Shown: positions 35,272 through 45,070 of the stretch, in pieces
Position numbering within the stretch: the stretch's first letter is position 1
Layout of the letters: each line of letters opens with the position of its first letter
Assembly: GCA_903844735.1 (NCBI GenBank)
Contig: CAIMUX010000121.1
Location: 3,005 to 67,004 of the forward strand
Reading direction: 5' to 3'
DNA: 64,000 bases
DNA from: Candidatus Eiseniibacteriota bacterium
GTDB taxonomy: Bacteria; Eisenbacteria; RBG-16-71-46; CAIMUX01
Notes under the pieces: generated by a model
What the model was told of the DNA's origin: nothing
The model's input: the letters and a program-made list of their open reading frames with translations, nothing else
The model's database searches: none
Made by a program: the position numbers and the translations under genes

Positions 35272-37932
35272 TCACGCCGGCGACTCGCCATCGAGTTCGC
35301 CTCGCCAGCGGTGGAGCAGCTCCAGCGCCTCCAAAGGCGTCAAGCGATCGGGGTTGAGCCCCCGCATCTCCCGCAGGGGGCCAGGCTCGGGCGGAGCGAA
35401 GAGAGAAAGCTGCGTCGCGGCGGCTACGGCGCCCGGAGCGGCCCATGTGGTCCCGCCAACCGCCCCGCCGGCTGCCGCGCTCCCCCGACGTTCCAGCCCG
35501 AGCAGGATCTCCTTGGCCCGATCAATAACCGCATCCGGCACCCCGGCCAGACGCGCCACCTGAATGCCATAGCTGCGGTCCGCCGCTCCCTCCACAACGC
35601 GACGAAGGAAGACCACCCGGTCGCCCCACTCCTTCACCTCGACGTTGAGGTTGGCAAAACCGCGGCCCGCCGCCGCCAGGCGCGTCAACTCATGGAAGTG
35701 CGTGGCGAAAAGGGTGCGCGGGCGTGGTCCCGCGGGTGATTCCAGCGCCTCGGCGACCGCCCAGGCTATGGCCAAGCCGTCGTAGGTAGAGGTTCCGCGC
35801 CCAACCTCGTCGAGAAGGACTAGGCTGCGTGACGTGGCATGGTGCAGGATCCGGCTTGTCTCGATCATCTCGACAAGGAAGGTCGACTGCCCGCGGGCCA
35901 GGGCATCCTGGGCCCCCACCCGGGTGAATATGCGGTCACAGAGCCCCACTACCGCCTCGCGGGCGGGGATGAAGGAACCCAGATGAGTGAGGACCGCAAT
36001 GAGGCCAACCTGGCGCAGGTATGTCGATTTTCCTGCCATGTTCGGACCCGTCAAAATCGCAACGGGACGTTCCGTCGTCTCGATGTCGGTATCATTGGCC
36101 ACGAACTTTCCCGCACCCAGCGCCTGCTCCACCACCGGATGGCGACCATCCCGGATGCGCAGCACCGGCTCCTCCGAGAGCGCCGGCCGCACCCACCGCC
36201 CGCCCGCCGCTGCTTCGGCCAGAGCTTGCAGGAAATCGAGCCCTGAGAGCGCCGAGGCGAGTCCCTGCAGTACGACGGTCTGCGCCCTCACCTCCGTGCC
36301 GAGGGACTCGAACAGTTCTCTCTCCAAGCGCAGCGCCCCCTCCTCGGCGTGAAGGATCTTCTCCTCGAATTCCTTCAGCTCGGGAGTGATGAACCGCTCG
36401 GCTCCGGCGAGTGTCTGCTTCCGTTGGTAGCGCTCCGGCACCCGCACCAACTGCGATTGCGTGACCTCGAGAAAGTAGCCGAAAACACGATTGAATCCGA
36501 TCTTGAGCCCCGCAATGCCGGTGCTCGCACGTTCTTCCTCCTGCAATCGCGCCACCCAGGACTTGGCGTCGCGCGCCATCCCCCGCAGCTCGTCGAGACG
36601 CGGATCCCACCCCTCGCGGAACACGCCACCGGCGGAAAGAAGCGCCGGCGGCTGGTCGTCCAGGGACGCATCAAGTCGCGTCCGCAGCGCAGGCAGCACC
36701 AGCGAGTCGAACGCGGGGAGCCGGGTACCCGATGGGACCGAGGCGGTGAGGCGCTGGAGTTCCGGCACGGCGCGAAGCGTCGAACGCAACGCGGAAAAAT
36801 CACGCGGCTGCGCCCGGCCACAGTGGAGACGCCCCAGAATCCGCTCCAGATCGGCGGTTCCTCTCAATGCCAGACGAATCTCGGCGCGAAGACGCCCGTC
36901 GAGGAGTGTCTCCACCGCGTCTTCTCGTTCCAGAATCTCCGCGGCACGAGCCGGCGGTCGGCGCAGCTCGCGACGGAGCCGCCGGGTGCCCCCTGGGGTC
37001 AGGGTGCGATCCAGCACGCCGAAGAGGGTCGAGGCGGCGGCGCCCCCCGGCATCGGCTCTAGGATCTCCAGCGAGCGCAGCGTCGCCTCGTCGAGAATGA
37101 GCCCCTCATCCGGGCGCAGCAACCGCGGCGGGCGCAGGTGCTTCAACTCCGATTGTTTCTGCTTCCGAGCGTACTCGAGAAGTGCGCCGGCAGCTCCGAG
37201 GGCCGGGCCCAGATCCTCGGCCTCGAAGGCGTCGAGGCTTTGCACCGCGAACTGATCGAGCAGAAGCCGGCGTCCCCGATCGCGACCGAACTCCCACGGC
37301 TCCACTTCGGAGCGAAACGGCGCCACCGCCAAATCCGCCAGCAACGGGAGCGATGCGGCCGCGGCATCCCGGGAGACGAGCACCTCCGCCGGGGCCAAGC
37401 GCGCCAATTCCTCGCGGGCCCGTTCGGAGTCGAGATCGCCGAGGAGAAAACGCCCCGTGGAAATGTCCGCCGCGGCAAGGCCCACGAGATCTCCCTCGAG
37501 CTTGAGGGCTACGAGGAAGTTGTCGCTGCCCGCCGCAAGCACGCCGTCGTTGAGGGTGGTGCCCGGCGAGAGAACCTCGGTCACGCGCCGCTCTAGGAGC
37601 TTCTTCCCCTTCCCCGGCTCCTCCACCTGTTCGCAGATCGCGACGCGATGGCCGGCCCGCAGGAGTTTCGCGACGTAGCTTTCAGCCTGATGCCAGGGGA
37701 AACCTGCCAATGGAATCGGCTCGGGGTCGCCCGCGTTGCGGCTGGTGAGGACGACGCCGGTTTCGCGGGAGAGGAGATGAGCATCCTCGAAAAATGTCTC
37801 GTAGAAGTCGCCCATGCGGAAGAGCAGGAGTGCGTCGGGGTGCTCCGCCTTGGCCCGCAGATACTGCCCCATCATGGGGGACTCGGTCGGCGCCCGGCGC
37901 CGCTTCCCGTCGTCCCCCTCGGCGCGCTTCAA
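35272..37932 (-). CDS. mutS: DNA mismatch repair protein MutS
   Basis: FRMGDFYE, TGPNMAGKSTYLRQ, STFLVEM, DEVGRGTST, FATHFHEL and SYGIQVA. Start uncertain (TTG 37932 or ATG ~37875). Confidence 0.97.
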   Translation of the reverse strand: MKRAEGDDGKRRRAPTESPMMGQYLRAKAEHPDALLLFRMGDFYETFFEDAHLLSRETGVVLTSRNAGDPEPIPLAGFPWHQAESYVAKLLRAGHRVAICEQVEEPGKGKKLLERRVTEVLSPGTTLNDGVLAAGSDNFLVALKLEGDLVGLAAADISTGRFLLGDLDSERAREELARLAPAEVLVSRDAAAASLPLLADLAVAPFRSEVEPWEFGRDRGRRLLLDQFAVQSLDAFEAEDLGPALGAAGALLEYARKQKQSELKHLRPPRLLRPDEGLILDEATLRSLEILEPMPGGAAASTLFGVLDRTLTPGGTRRLRRELRRPPARAAEILEREDAVETLLDGRLRAEIRLALRGTADLERILGRLHCGRAQPRDFSALRSTLRAVPELQRLTASVPSGTRLPAFDSLVLPALRTRLDASLDDQPPALLSAGGVFREGWDPRLDELRGMARDAKSWVARLQEEERASTGIAGLKIGFNRVFGYFLEVTQSQLVRVPERYQRKQTLAGAERFITPELKEFEEKILHAEEGALRLERELFESLGTEVRAQTVVLQGLASALSGLDFLQALAEAAAGGRWVRPALSEEPVLRIRDGRHPVVEQALGAGKFVANDTDIETTERPVAILTGPNMAGKSTYLRQVGLIAVLTHLGSFIPAREAVVGLCDRIFTRVGAQDALARGQSTFLVEMIETSRILHHATSRSLVLLDEVGRGTSTYDGLAIAWAVAEALESPAGPRPRTLFATHFHELTRLAAAGRGFANLNVEVKEWGDRVVFLRRVVEGAADRSYGIQVARLAGVPDAVIDRAKEILLGLERRGSAAAGGAVGGTTWAAPGAVAAATQLSLFAPPEPGPLREMRGLNPDRLTPLEALELLHRWRGELDGESPA

Positions 37933-39146
37933 AGTCCGACCCGGACGACGCGCCAACCCAATCCGGTGCAACGGGCCAGCGCCGACTCCTCCGCGTCCTC
38001 CCGCGTGCGATAGCGGCCAAAGCGAAGCCGATGCCACGTCACACCCTCGACCTCTTCGGCCTCGACGAGTACCGGGAGGCCGAGGCCCTGGAGGCGTCGC
38101 GCCTCGACAGCGGCGCGCTGGGCGTCATGGTAAGAACCGAGTTGCACAGTGAAAGGGGCGTCTCCGGCGGCTCGGGCGCTCGCCGCGCCCGCCGCCCCAG
38201 CCACTGCGCCAGTCGCGGCCCCGGCCACCGTACGGTCCACCGTGCCGTCCGATGCACCGCCCGGCGCCATCCCCGCGCCGCCCTCGGGTGGCAGGCCCTC
38301 TCGCGGGACCACGCCCTGGATCGAGCCGGGATCGGCTGACGACGCCACCACGGCCTCGACGAACGGTGTAGCGGTGGAATCACTGTTCCCGGAGGAGCCA
38401 ACGGAAGCGGTCGGCGGCCGCGCCGGCCGCATCACCTGCACCAACGCATACTCCGGCGACATCGCACAGGCCGGACCCCACGCACGCACCGTGAGCCAGC
38501 CGGGATCACCCCCGGCGGCGCCTGATGCGGCGGCCAGGCCGAACCGATAGAGCAGCGGCCCTAGACAGCCGGCTCGGCGGGCATCCGCTTCGAGCTCGAT
38601 GTATCCGCGCAGGGCGCTCTCCACCCGCCCCACACGCAACTCGCCGTCGAGGCGCGCCACACGAGCGAGGACCGCCACCACTCCCTGACTCCGGTCGCCT
38701 GACTCGCTCTCCTGCACCCGGCCAAGAAGATTGCGGCATTGCGCGACCCAGAAATCCGACTCCGAGCGTTCGAGCGGCCCGCCGTTGATCTCTCGCGCCT
38801 TTTCAAACCAGGTGAGGGCCGTCTCCGCGTCGCCGGCCCCATAGTGGTAGTGCCCTACCCAGAGAGCCGCGCGGGCCGCGATCAAGTCATCACCGGCATG
38901 ATCGGATAGCCCCTCCATCACCTCGCGCGCCGCACCCGCGTTGGGCAGCAGCACCGCTTCGCGCAGGGCTTCGGGTCCACCACGCCCGGTGAGCCGGTCG
39001 CGCAGGTTGCGGAGGAGTCGAGGGCCGCGGGCGCCACTGTGGTCCTGGGCATGCGCGGGGCAAAGCCCCCCAGCGATCAGCCCCGCGGCAGGGCCGGTGC
39101 CCAGACCGAGGAGCACCAGGATCGAAAAGCGCATTCGGAACGGCAT
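37929..39146 (-). CDS. SPOR-domain protein with N-terminal signal peptide and TPR-like helices
   Basis: C-terminal FTVQLGSY...WHRLRFGRYRTREDAE; hydrophobic N-terminus. Confidence 0.8.
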   Translation of the reverse strand: MPFRMRFSILVLLGLGTGPAAGLIAGGLCPAHAQDHSGARGPRLLRNLRDRLTGRGGPEALREAVLLPNAGAAREVMEGLSDHAGDDLIAARAALWVGHYHYGAGDAETALTWFEKAREINGGPLERSESDFWVAQCRNLLGRVQESESGDRSQGVVAVLARVARLDGELRVGRVESALRGYIELEADARRAGCLGPLLYRFGLAAASGAAGGDPGWLTVRAWGPACAMSPEYALVQVMRPARPPTASVGSSGNSDSTATPFVEAVVASSADPGSIQGVVPREGLPPEGGAGMAPGGASDGTVDRTVAGAATGAVAGAAGAASARAAGDAPFTVQLGSYHDAQRAAVEARRLQGLGLPVLVEAEEVEGVTWHRLRFGRYRTREDAEESALARCTGLGWRVVRVGL

Positions 39147-39289
39147 GAGTCCCCCGGGAATACCAGGCAGCCTGGCCCGGGCGACGCACCCGGGCGCGGC
39201 CGATCTTAGGAAGTCGCCCGCCGCCACGGCAACCCCAAAGGGCGCGACGCGGGCGGCGGGTCGAAACAGAAGCGAACGGAAGAGGGCGG

Positions 39290-39322
39290 AAAGGGGCGGG
39301 ATCGCTTACGCGGCCCCGCCCC
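39290..39322 (-). terminator. Putative intrinsic terminator after rpsA
   Basis: Minus strand GGGGCGGGGCCGC-GTAA-GCGATCCCGCCCC followed by TTTCC (short U tract). Confidence 0.55.
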
Positions 39323-39345
39323 CCATGACACATCCGGATCCGGAA

Positions 39346-41448
39346 TCAGGATTCGATGCCGTCGGATCCGGCGGCATCGGGCCGGATCTCCTCCGACTCG
39401 ATGTCGACCGAGCCTATCTCACCCGAAGCGATGGCGTCCAAGCCGCCGTCGTCCAAGCCGCCGTCGTCCAAGCCGCCGTCGTCCAAGCCGCCGTCGTCCA
39501 GGCCGCCGTCCGCCTCGTTCGCCTCGTCGTCCCCATCTTCGTCGTCGCGACGACCCTTGGCGCGCGGCCGAGCATCCTCCTCCCCACCCTCGGTCACGGT
39601 GGCACGCTTGGCGGAGTACTTCTCGACGTACGCCTGCTTCGTCGCCTCATCCTGATCGAGGAGCCAACCCTTCACCGACAGGACCATGCGGTGGTTGGCA
39701 AGATCGATCCGGCTCACCTGGCACGACAGTTCGTCACCCTCGATGAAATTCTCTCCAGGGTGCTTCACGGTGTCGATTCCAAGCTGCCCGATCGGGATGA
39801 ATCCTTCCAGTTCCTTCTCAACCAGCACCACCACGCCGCGATCAATGGCCTTGGCCACGACCGCCTGCACGACGGAGTTGATCGGATACCGATCGAGGAG
39901 CTGAGGCCACGGATCGTCCCCGACCTGCTTCAAACCGAGACTGATCCGTCGCTTGTCCTTGTCCACCGACAGGACTTTCACATCAACCTGCTGCCCCTTC
40001 TTCAGGACCTCGGAAGGGTGGTTGATCCGCCGCATCCACGACATGTCGGAGATGTGAACAAGGCCGTCGATGCCATCCTCCAACTCCACGAAGGCGCCAA
40101 AGTTCGTCAGATTGCGAACCTTCCCCGAAATGACCAACCCAAGCGGGTACTTCTCATCAAGTGTGAGCCACGGATCCGGCTCGACCTGCTTGAGACCGAG
40201 GGAGATCTTTTCGTTCCCCTTATCGACCTTCAAGACCATGCAATCCACATCCTGTCCTTCGGTAAGGATCTTGTTGGGGTGACGGATGTGCTTGGTCCAG
40301 GACATCTCGGAGATGTGGATGAGGCCTTCGACACCCCGCTCCAACTCGACGAAAGCGCCGTACTCCGTGATGGAAACGACACGACCTTGGATGCGGGTCC
40401 CGATCGGGTACTTGTCTTCGACCCGCTCCCACGGGTACTCCTGCAGTTGCTTCAAGCCAAGCGAGATCCGCTCCCGCTCCGGCTCGAAGGAGAGAACCTT
40501 CACATCGAGCTTGTCGCCCACAGTGAGCACCTCCGACGGGTGCTTGATGCGGCCGTAGGAGATGTCGGTAATGTGGAGAAGGCCGTCGATGCCGCCCAGA
40601 TCGATGAAGGCGCCGAAATCCGTGATGTTCTTGACGTATCCGGCGCGCAGTTGCCCCACCTCGAGCGTGCGGAGGATGTCATCCTTCGCGGAAGCGCGCT
40701 CCTCCTCGAGGACCAGGCGACGGCTGACCACGATGTTCCGGCGGCGCTTGTTCAGCTTGATGATCTTGAACTGGAGCACCTGGTGCATGAGGGACTCGAT
40801 CGACTGCGGCGGACGCAGCGCGATCTGGCTCCCAGGAAGGAAAGCGTCCACGCCGAAGAGGTCGACGACAGCGCCGCCCTTGATCTTCCGCGCCAGCCGC
40901 CCTTCAACCACTTCGCCCTTCTCGGCGGCCTCTCTCACCCGGTCCCAGACCTTCACGAAGTCGGCGCGCTGCTTGGAGAGGACGACCAGTCCATCCTGGT
41001 TCTCCATCTTTTCCAAGAAGACATCCACTTCATCGCCCACCTTCACCGAATCGGCGTCCGCGAACTCTTCGAGGGGGATGATCCCCTCCGACTTGAAGCC
41101 GATGTCGACGACGACTTCGTTCTTGTTCACACGCAGAACCCGGCCTTTGAGAATCTCTCCCTCTTCGAGGTTCTTCATCGAGTCCTCGTAGAGTTCGAGC
41201 ATCTCCTTGAGGGCCTCGTTGTCGGGATCCTCCTCGTCGTCGCGGTTGACGATGACGATGCTCGGCTTGCGCCGCGGCGCCTCGCCGTGCTCGCCACCGC
41301 CGTCAGGGCCGCTTTCGTCGCGGACTACCGGGGAGAAGGGGCGGCGCGCAGGAGGGGGCGCCGCGGGAACGGAGGGCAGGCCGGGCGACAGAGGCGGCGC
41401 CACGGGCTGAGGGTTGGGCTGTGCACCTTCCAGACGATCTTCCATCAT
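39346..41448 (-). CDS. rpsA: 30S ribosomal protein S1
   Basis: Six S1 repeats (VDIGFKSEG, AFLPGSQI, TDFGAFIDLGGIDGLLHI, EGLIHISEMSW); Pro-rich N-terminal and acidic C-terminal extensions. Confidence 0.97.
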   Translation of the reverse strand: MMEDRLEGAQPNPQPVAPPLSPGLPSVPAAPPPARRPFSPVVRDESGPDGGGEHGEAPRRKPSIVIVNRDDEEDPDNEALKEMLELYEDSMKNLEEGEILKGRVLRVNKNEVVVDIGFKSEGIIPLEEFADADSVKVGDEVDVFLEKMENQDGLVVLSKQRADFVKVWDRVREAAEKGEVVEGRLARKIKGGAVVDLFGVDAFLPGSQIALRPPQSIESLMHQVLQFKIIKLNKRRRNIVVSRRLVLEEERASAKDDILRTLEVGQLRAGYVKNITDFGAFIDLGGIDGLLHITDISYGRIKHPSEVLTVGDKLDVKVLSFEPERERISLGLKQLQEYPWERVEDKYPIGTRIQGRVVSITEYGAFVELERGVEGLIHISEMSWTKHIRHPNKILTEGQDVDCMVLKVDKGNEKISLGLKQVEPDPWLTLDEKYPLGLVISGKVRNLTNFGAFVELEDGIDGLVHISDMSWMRRINHPSEVLKKGQQVDVKVLSVDKDKRRISLGLKQVGDDPWPQLLDRYPINSVVQAVVAKAIDRGVVVLVEKELEGFIPIGQLGIDTVKHPGENFIEGDELSCQVSRIDLANHRMVLSVKGWLLDQDEATKQAYVEKYSAKRATVTEGGEEDARPRAKGRRDDEDGDDEANEADGGLDDGGLDDGGLDDGGLDDGGLDAIASGEIGSVDIESEEIRPDAAGSDGIES
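39436..39510. repeat. 15-bp tandem repeat x5 inside the rpsA 3' end (DGGLD x5)
   Basis: GTCCAAGCCGCCGTC in four exact copies plus one copy with a single mismatch. Confidence 0.95.
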
Positions 41449-41533
41449 GGATCCAGAGCCTCCCGAAACGGGGTCAGGGCCAAGCGGCCTACCGCAGAGG
41501 GCGTCTCCCTTCCGATCCGACCGCAAAGTTGTA

Positions 41534-41561
41534 AGTGTAGCAGGTCGACCGGTAGGTTCAA
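41534..41561 (-). promoter_or_regulatory. Putative sigma70 promoter for rpsA
   Basis: TTGAAC-N16-TACACT with an extended TGn before the -10. Confidence 0.45.
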
Positions 41562-41577
41562 CCAGGAAACGTAAGCG

Positions 41578-42204
41578 TCACGATCCGACGCAGAGGCGTG
41601 CGATGGCCGCCATGATCTCCAAGGCCGCATCCTCGTAGGCGCGACGCGCTTGCGTGGATTCGGACGGAGCGGCGAAGGACAGAGGCGGCCCGAAGCGGAC
41701 ATCGACCGGCACGCGGCGCAGGAGCGACCGGCGCGGATCCCAGGTCGCGCCGGCCCAGCAGGGGATGACCGGCACGCCGGAACGCACCGCCAGCATCCCG
41801 ATCCCGGGCTTGGCCTCGCCGACCCCTGGCCTGCGAATGCGCGTCCCCTCGGGAAAGACGATCAGGCCCTCCCCATCGCTTAGGATCTTGAGGGCCAGCG
41901 CGAGCGCGCGCCGGTCCGCACCGGTGCGCTCCACCGGCACGGCTCCGTAGGAGCGGATGAGCCACCCGAAAAGCGGGTTGGCAAATAGCTCGCGCTTGGA
42001 AAAGTAGCGCAACTCGCGCGGGAGACCGGCGCCGACGACCAGCGGATCGAGGTAGGACTTGTGGCTGGAGGCCAGGAGAAAGCCACCTTTGCGCGGAATG
42101 TTCTCGGTCCCCGACACGCGGTAACCCAAGAGGAGGTGCGCCGAAGCGCGAATCACTAGCTGGGCCAGCAAGTAGTGCGGACGCCGCACCGACGGCCCGG
42201 CCAT
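41578..42204 (-). CDS. plsC: 1-acyl-sn-glycerol-3-phosphate acyltransferase
   Basis: SHKSYLD (HX4D) and VFPEGTR. Alternative start at 42249. Confidence 0.9.
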   Translation of the reverse strand: MAGPSVRRPHYLLAQLVIRASAHLLLGYRVSGTENIPRKGGFLLASSHKSYLDPLVVGAGLPRELRYFSKRELFANPLFGWLIRSYGAVPVERTGADRRALALALKILSDGEGLIVFPEGTRIRRPGVGEAKPGIGMLAVRSGVPVIPCWAGATWDPRRSLLRRVPVDVRFGPPLSFAAPSESTQARRAYEDAALEIMAAIARLCVGS

Positions 42205-42205
42205 C

Positions 42206-42997
42206 TCACCCTTCCTCGCCGGGGGCCGCCCGGCCGTCTCGGTCTTCATCGACGTGGCCCTGGCCCTGGGGCGGGGCGGCCGCCCTTATGCCTGCCGCCT
42301 GATGAAACGCCCGCAGGATCTCCTCCACCTGCGCCTCGACCGTGCAGGTCCCGGTGTCGAGGCAGAGCGCCTCCTCGGCCTCGCGCAGGGGCGCGTCGGC
42401 CCGTGTCGAGTCGCGCCGATCGCGCTCCTCCAGATCGCGGGCCACCTGCTCCTCCGACTGATCAATCCCCTGGCGCAGCAGGTCGAGTCGGCGGCGACGC
42501 GCCCGCTCGGCAACACGCGCGATGAGGAAGACCTTGAGCGTGGCCTGCGGAAAGACCACGGTGCCGATGTCACGACCCTCCACCACCAGCGGACCGATCC
42601 GGGCCGCTTCACGCAGGAGCCGTCCCACCCGAGCACGCACAGCCCCGTGAACCGCTAGTTGCGAAGCTCGGCGCGAGACCTCCGGAGTCCGCAGTTCCGC
42701 GCCGAGATCGCGCCCCTGGAGCAGAATGTGGAAGCGATCGGCAGCCGGTTCCAGGCGCAGCGGGATCGCCTCGATGGCGGCGGCGAAAGCCGGGGTAGCC
42801 GCGAGAGCGTGGGCAGCGGCGTGGCTCTCGCTCTCTTCACCCAGTGCTACGGCAATGGCGCGGTACAGGGCACCGGAATCGACGTAACAGAACCCGAGTC
42901 GCGCGGCCACCAGGGCGGCGCTCGTCGTCTTGCCCGTGCCCGCTCCGCCATCGATGGCAATGACCGGGTACAAAGACACCGCCTCGGACGCGTTCAT
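42206..42997 (-). CDS. cmk: Cytidylate kinase
   Basis: IAIDGGAGTGKTT, DSGALYRA, VEGRDIGTVVFP and RDRRDSTR. Confidence 0.96.
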   Translation of the reverse strand: MNASEAVSLYPVIAIDGGAGTGKTTSAALVAARLGFCYVDSGALYRAIAVALGEESESHAAAHALAATPAFAAAIEAIPLRLEPAADRFHILLQGRDLGAELRTPEVSRRASQLAVHGAVRARVGRLLREAARIGPLVVEGRDIGTVVFPQATLKVFLIARVAERARRRRLDLLRQGIDQSEEQVARDLEERDRRDSTRADAPLREAEEALCLDTGTCTVEAQVEEILRAFHQAAGIRAAAPPQGQGHVDEDRDGRAAPGEEG

Positions 42998-44331
42998 GGC
43001 TGCTCCCCCCGCAGAATCGCCAGGCGTGCTAGAAACCCGGGGTCGCTGGTATCCACCATGGCGAGCGAATCGACCGTGACCTTCCCGTCCGCCGCGCAAC
43101 CCGCAACCAGTGCCGACATCGCGATCCGGTGGTCGCCGTGTGACGCCACGTGTCCCCCGCGAAGGCCGCGGCCACCATGGACCCCAAACCCCTCCTGCTC
43201 CTCCTCCACATGTACACCGAGCGCGCGCAGGAGACCGCAGGTGCTGCGCACCCGATCCGACTCCTTGACGCGCAGTTCGCCGACATCGGTGAAGCGGCTC
43301 ACGCCTTCCGCACAGGCGGCCGCGACCGCCAGGATCGGCACCTCGTCAATAAGTCTCGGCACCTCCGTCCCGCCCACATCCACGGCCCGCAGAAGCCCGT
43401 GTTCGATCGTGATCGAGCCGGTCGGTTCAGGCCCCGCGGGTGGGTCGGGACGAATGTCGAGCCGCGCGCCCATACGCTGCAACACATCCAGCGCCCCGGT
43501 ACGCGTTGGGTTCAACCCGACCCCATCCACCGTGACGCGACTCCCGGGCGTAATCGCCGCGGCCACCAGGACGAAGAGCGCGGCTGAGATGTCGCCCGGC
43601 ACGCGCCACTCGCGCCCCTGGAGTTCCGCGCCGGCATCCAAGCGAACCGAATAGGCGTCGACCAGGCTCGCCTGGTCCCGGACTCCCCTGTCGTGACACT
43701 GCAGATCGTGATCCCCCGAACCGACCCGAGACACCTGCAGCGGCGCACCCATCCAGGCCAGCATCCGCTCGGTATGATCGCGGGACGGCCGCGGCTCACG
43801 CACGCACACGCTCCCTTGGCGAAGGCCGAGCCCCGCGAGAAGCACAGCCGACTTCACCTGCGCGCTTCCGGTGACATTCTCAAAATCAAGAGCCCGCAGG
43901 ACCGCCCCGCGCACCGCCAGCGGTGCCAGCATCCCCTCCCGCGCGTCAACACGGGCCCCCATCGCCTGGAGAGGGCGGATGATCCGTTCCATCGGTCGGC
44001 CGCGAAGAGAACTGTCGCCGGTCAGGACGGCGAAGAACGGGCGCGCGGCAAGGGCGCCGGCCAAGAGGCGCAAACCCGTACCGGAATTGCCCAGATCGAG
44101 GACATCCTCCGGCTCGCGCAGGCCGTTCCCATCGATGATCCAATGGTCAGGATGACACCGCACCATCACACCCAGCGACTCTACCGCCCGCCGAGTGGCG
44201 GCACAATCCTCGCCGGGGTTGGGGTCATGCACGACGCTGCGCCCGCGTGCGAGTGCGGCCAGCAGCACGCCGCGGTGCGTGATCGATTTGTCCGACACCA
44301 CCCGGATGGTTCCGATGAGCGGCCGGTTCAT
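42994..44331 (-). CDS. aroA: 3-phosphoshikimate 1-carboxyvinyltransferase (EPSP synthase)
   Basis: DKSITHR, LGNSGT, SAQVKSA, RDHTERML, ELRVKESDR and HGDHRIAM. Confidence 0.97.
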   Translation of the reverse strand: MNRPLIGTIRVVSDKSITHRGVLLAALARGRSVVHDPNPGEDCAATRRAVESLGVMVRCHPDHWIIDGNGLREPEDVLDLGNSGTGLRLLAGALAARPFFAVLTGDSSLRGRPMERIIRPLQAMGARVDAREGMLAPLAVRGAVLRALDFENVTGSAQVKSAVLLAGLGLRQGSVCVREPRPSRDHTERMLAWMGAPLQVSRVGSGDHDLQCHDRGVRDQASLVDAYSVRLDAGAELQGREWRVPGDISAALFVLVAAAITPGSRVTVDGVGLNPTRTGALDVLQRMGARLDIRPDPPAGPEPTGSITIEHGLLRAVDVGGTEVPRLIDEVPILAVAAACAEGVSRFTDVGELRVKESDRVRSTCGLLRALGVHVEEEQEGFGVHGGRGLRGGHVASHGDHRIAMSALVAGCAADGKVTVDSLAMVDTSDPGFLARLAILRGEQP

Positions 44332-44341
44332 GGCGCGTGCC

Positions 44342-45070
44342 TCAGAGAATCAGACCGGAACGCTTGGCGAGAAGCTCGCGCTCCAGTTCGGTGAGCGGCC
44401 GAATCCCTCCCGGTTCGAGATCGTTGAGGAGGAGCCCGGCGAAAGAAACGCGGCGCAGAACAAGCACGCGAAGATCAAAAGCCCTGAAGATCCGTCGCAC
44501 TTCCCGATACTTCCCCTCATGGAGTGTGATGCGCACCCGCGCCGGATCGTGCCGACGACCGATGAGGCGCGCCTTGGCCGGCCCGCTGTGGCCGCCACGT
44601 CCGATCGGGACCCCTCCCGCCTCAATGGCCCGAAGGGTGTGAACTCCAGGCGGGGGCGTGACCCAGGCGACGTAGGTGCGTTCATGATGGAAGCGCGGAT
44701 GCAACAGCCGCTCAGCCAGCTCCCCGTTGTTCGTGAAGAGTAGGAGTCCCTCGGTGGCCCGGTCGAGTCGTCCCACCGGAAAGACTCGCCCGCGCAGCCG
44801 CCCCAGAAGCTCGTCCACTGTCTTGCGGCCGCGCTCATCGGCACGAGTGGTCACATACCCGGCGAGTTTATACATGACGTAGTACAACCAGCGGCGCGGC
44901 GCCCGCACCCGCTCACCGTCGGAGCAGACATTGTCGGTACCCGGTTCGACCTCGTGCCCCGGAAACGTGACGATCACACCGTTGACCTCGATGCGACCTT
45001 CCCGAACCAGGTCCTCACACGAGCGGCGCGAGCCGAGTCCGGCCGCCGCGAGGAAACGGTTCAGACGCAT
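44342..45070 (-). CDS. rluB: 23S rRNA pseudouridine synthase (RluB/RsuA family, S4 domain)
   Basis: RLNRFLA..GLGSRR, PVGRLD and EGKYREVRR; position after scpB. Confidence 0.88.
   Translation of the reverse strand: MRLNRFLAAAGLGSRRSCEDLVREGRIEVNGVIVTFPGHEVEPGTDNVCSDGERVRAPRRWLYYVMYKLAGYVTTRADERGRKTVDELLGRLRGRVFPVGRLDRATEGLLLFTNNGELAERLLHPRFHHERTYVAWVTPPPGVHTLRAIEAGGVPIGRGGHSGPAKARLIGRRHDPARVRITLHEGKYREVRRIFRAFDLRVLVLRRVSFAGLLLNDLEPGGIRPLTELERELLAKRSGLIL

Noticed and set aside
39436-39510. Repeat arrays as a possible CRISPR (also the heptamer arrays)
   Set aside because: The units are contiguous with no unique spacers, and there are no cas genes in the window.
38941-41574. 877-aa plus-strand ORF containing (VVQAA)n
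   Set aside because: It is the antisense shadow of rpsA. High GC suppresses stop codons, and the repeat is the reverse reading of the rpsA VNTR.
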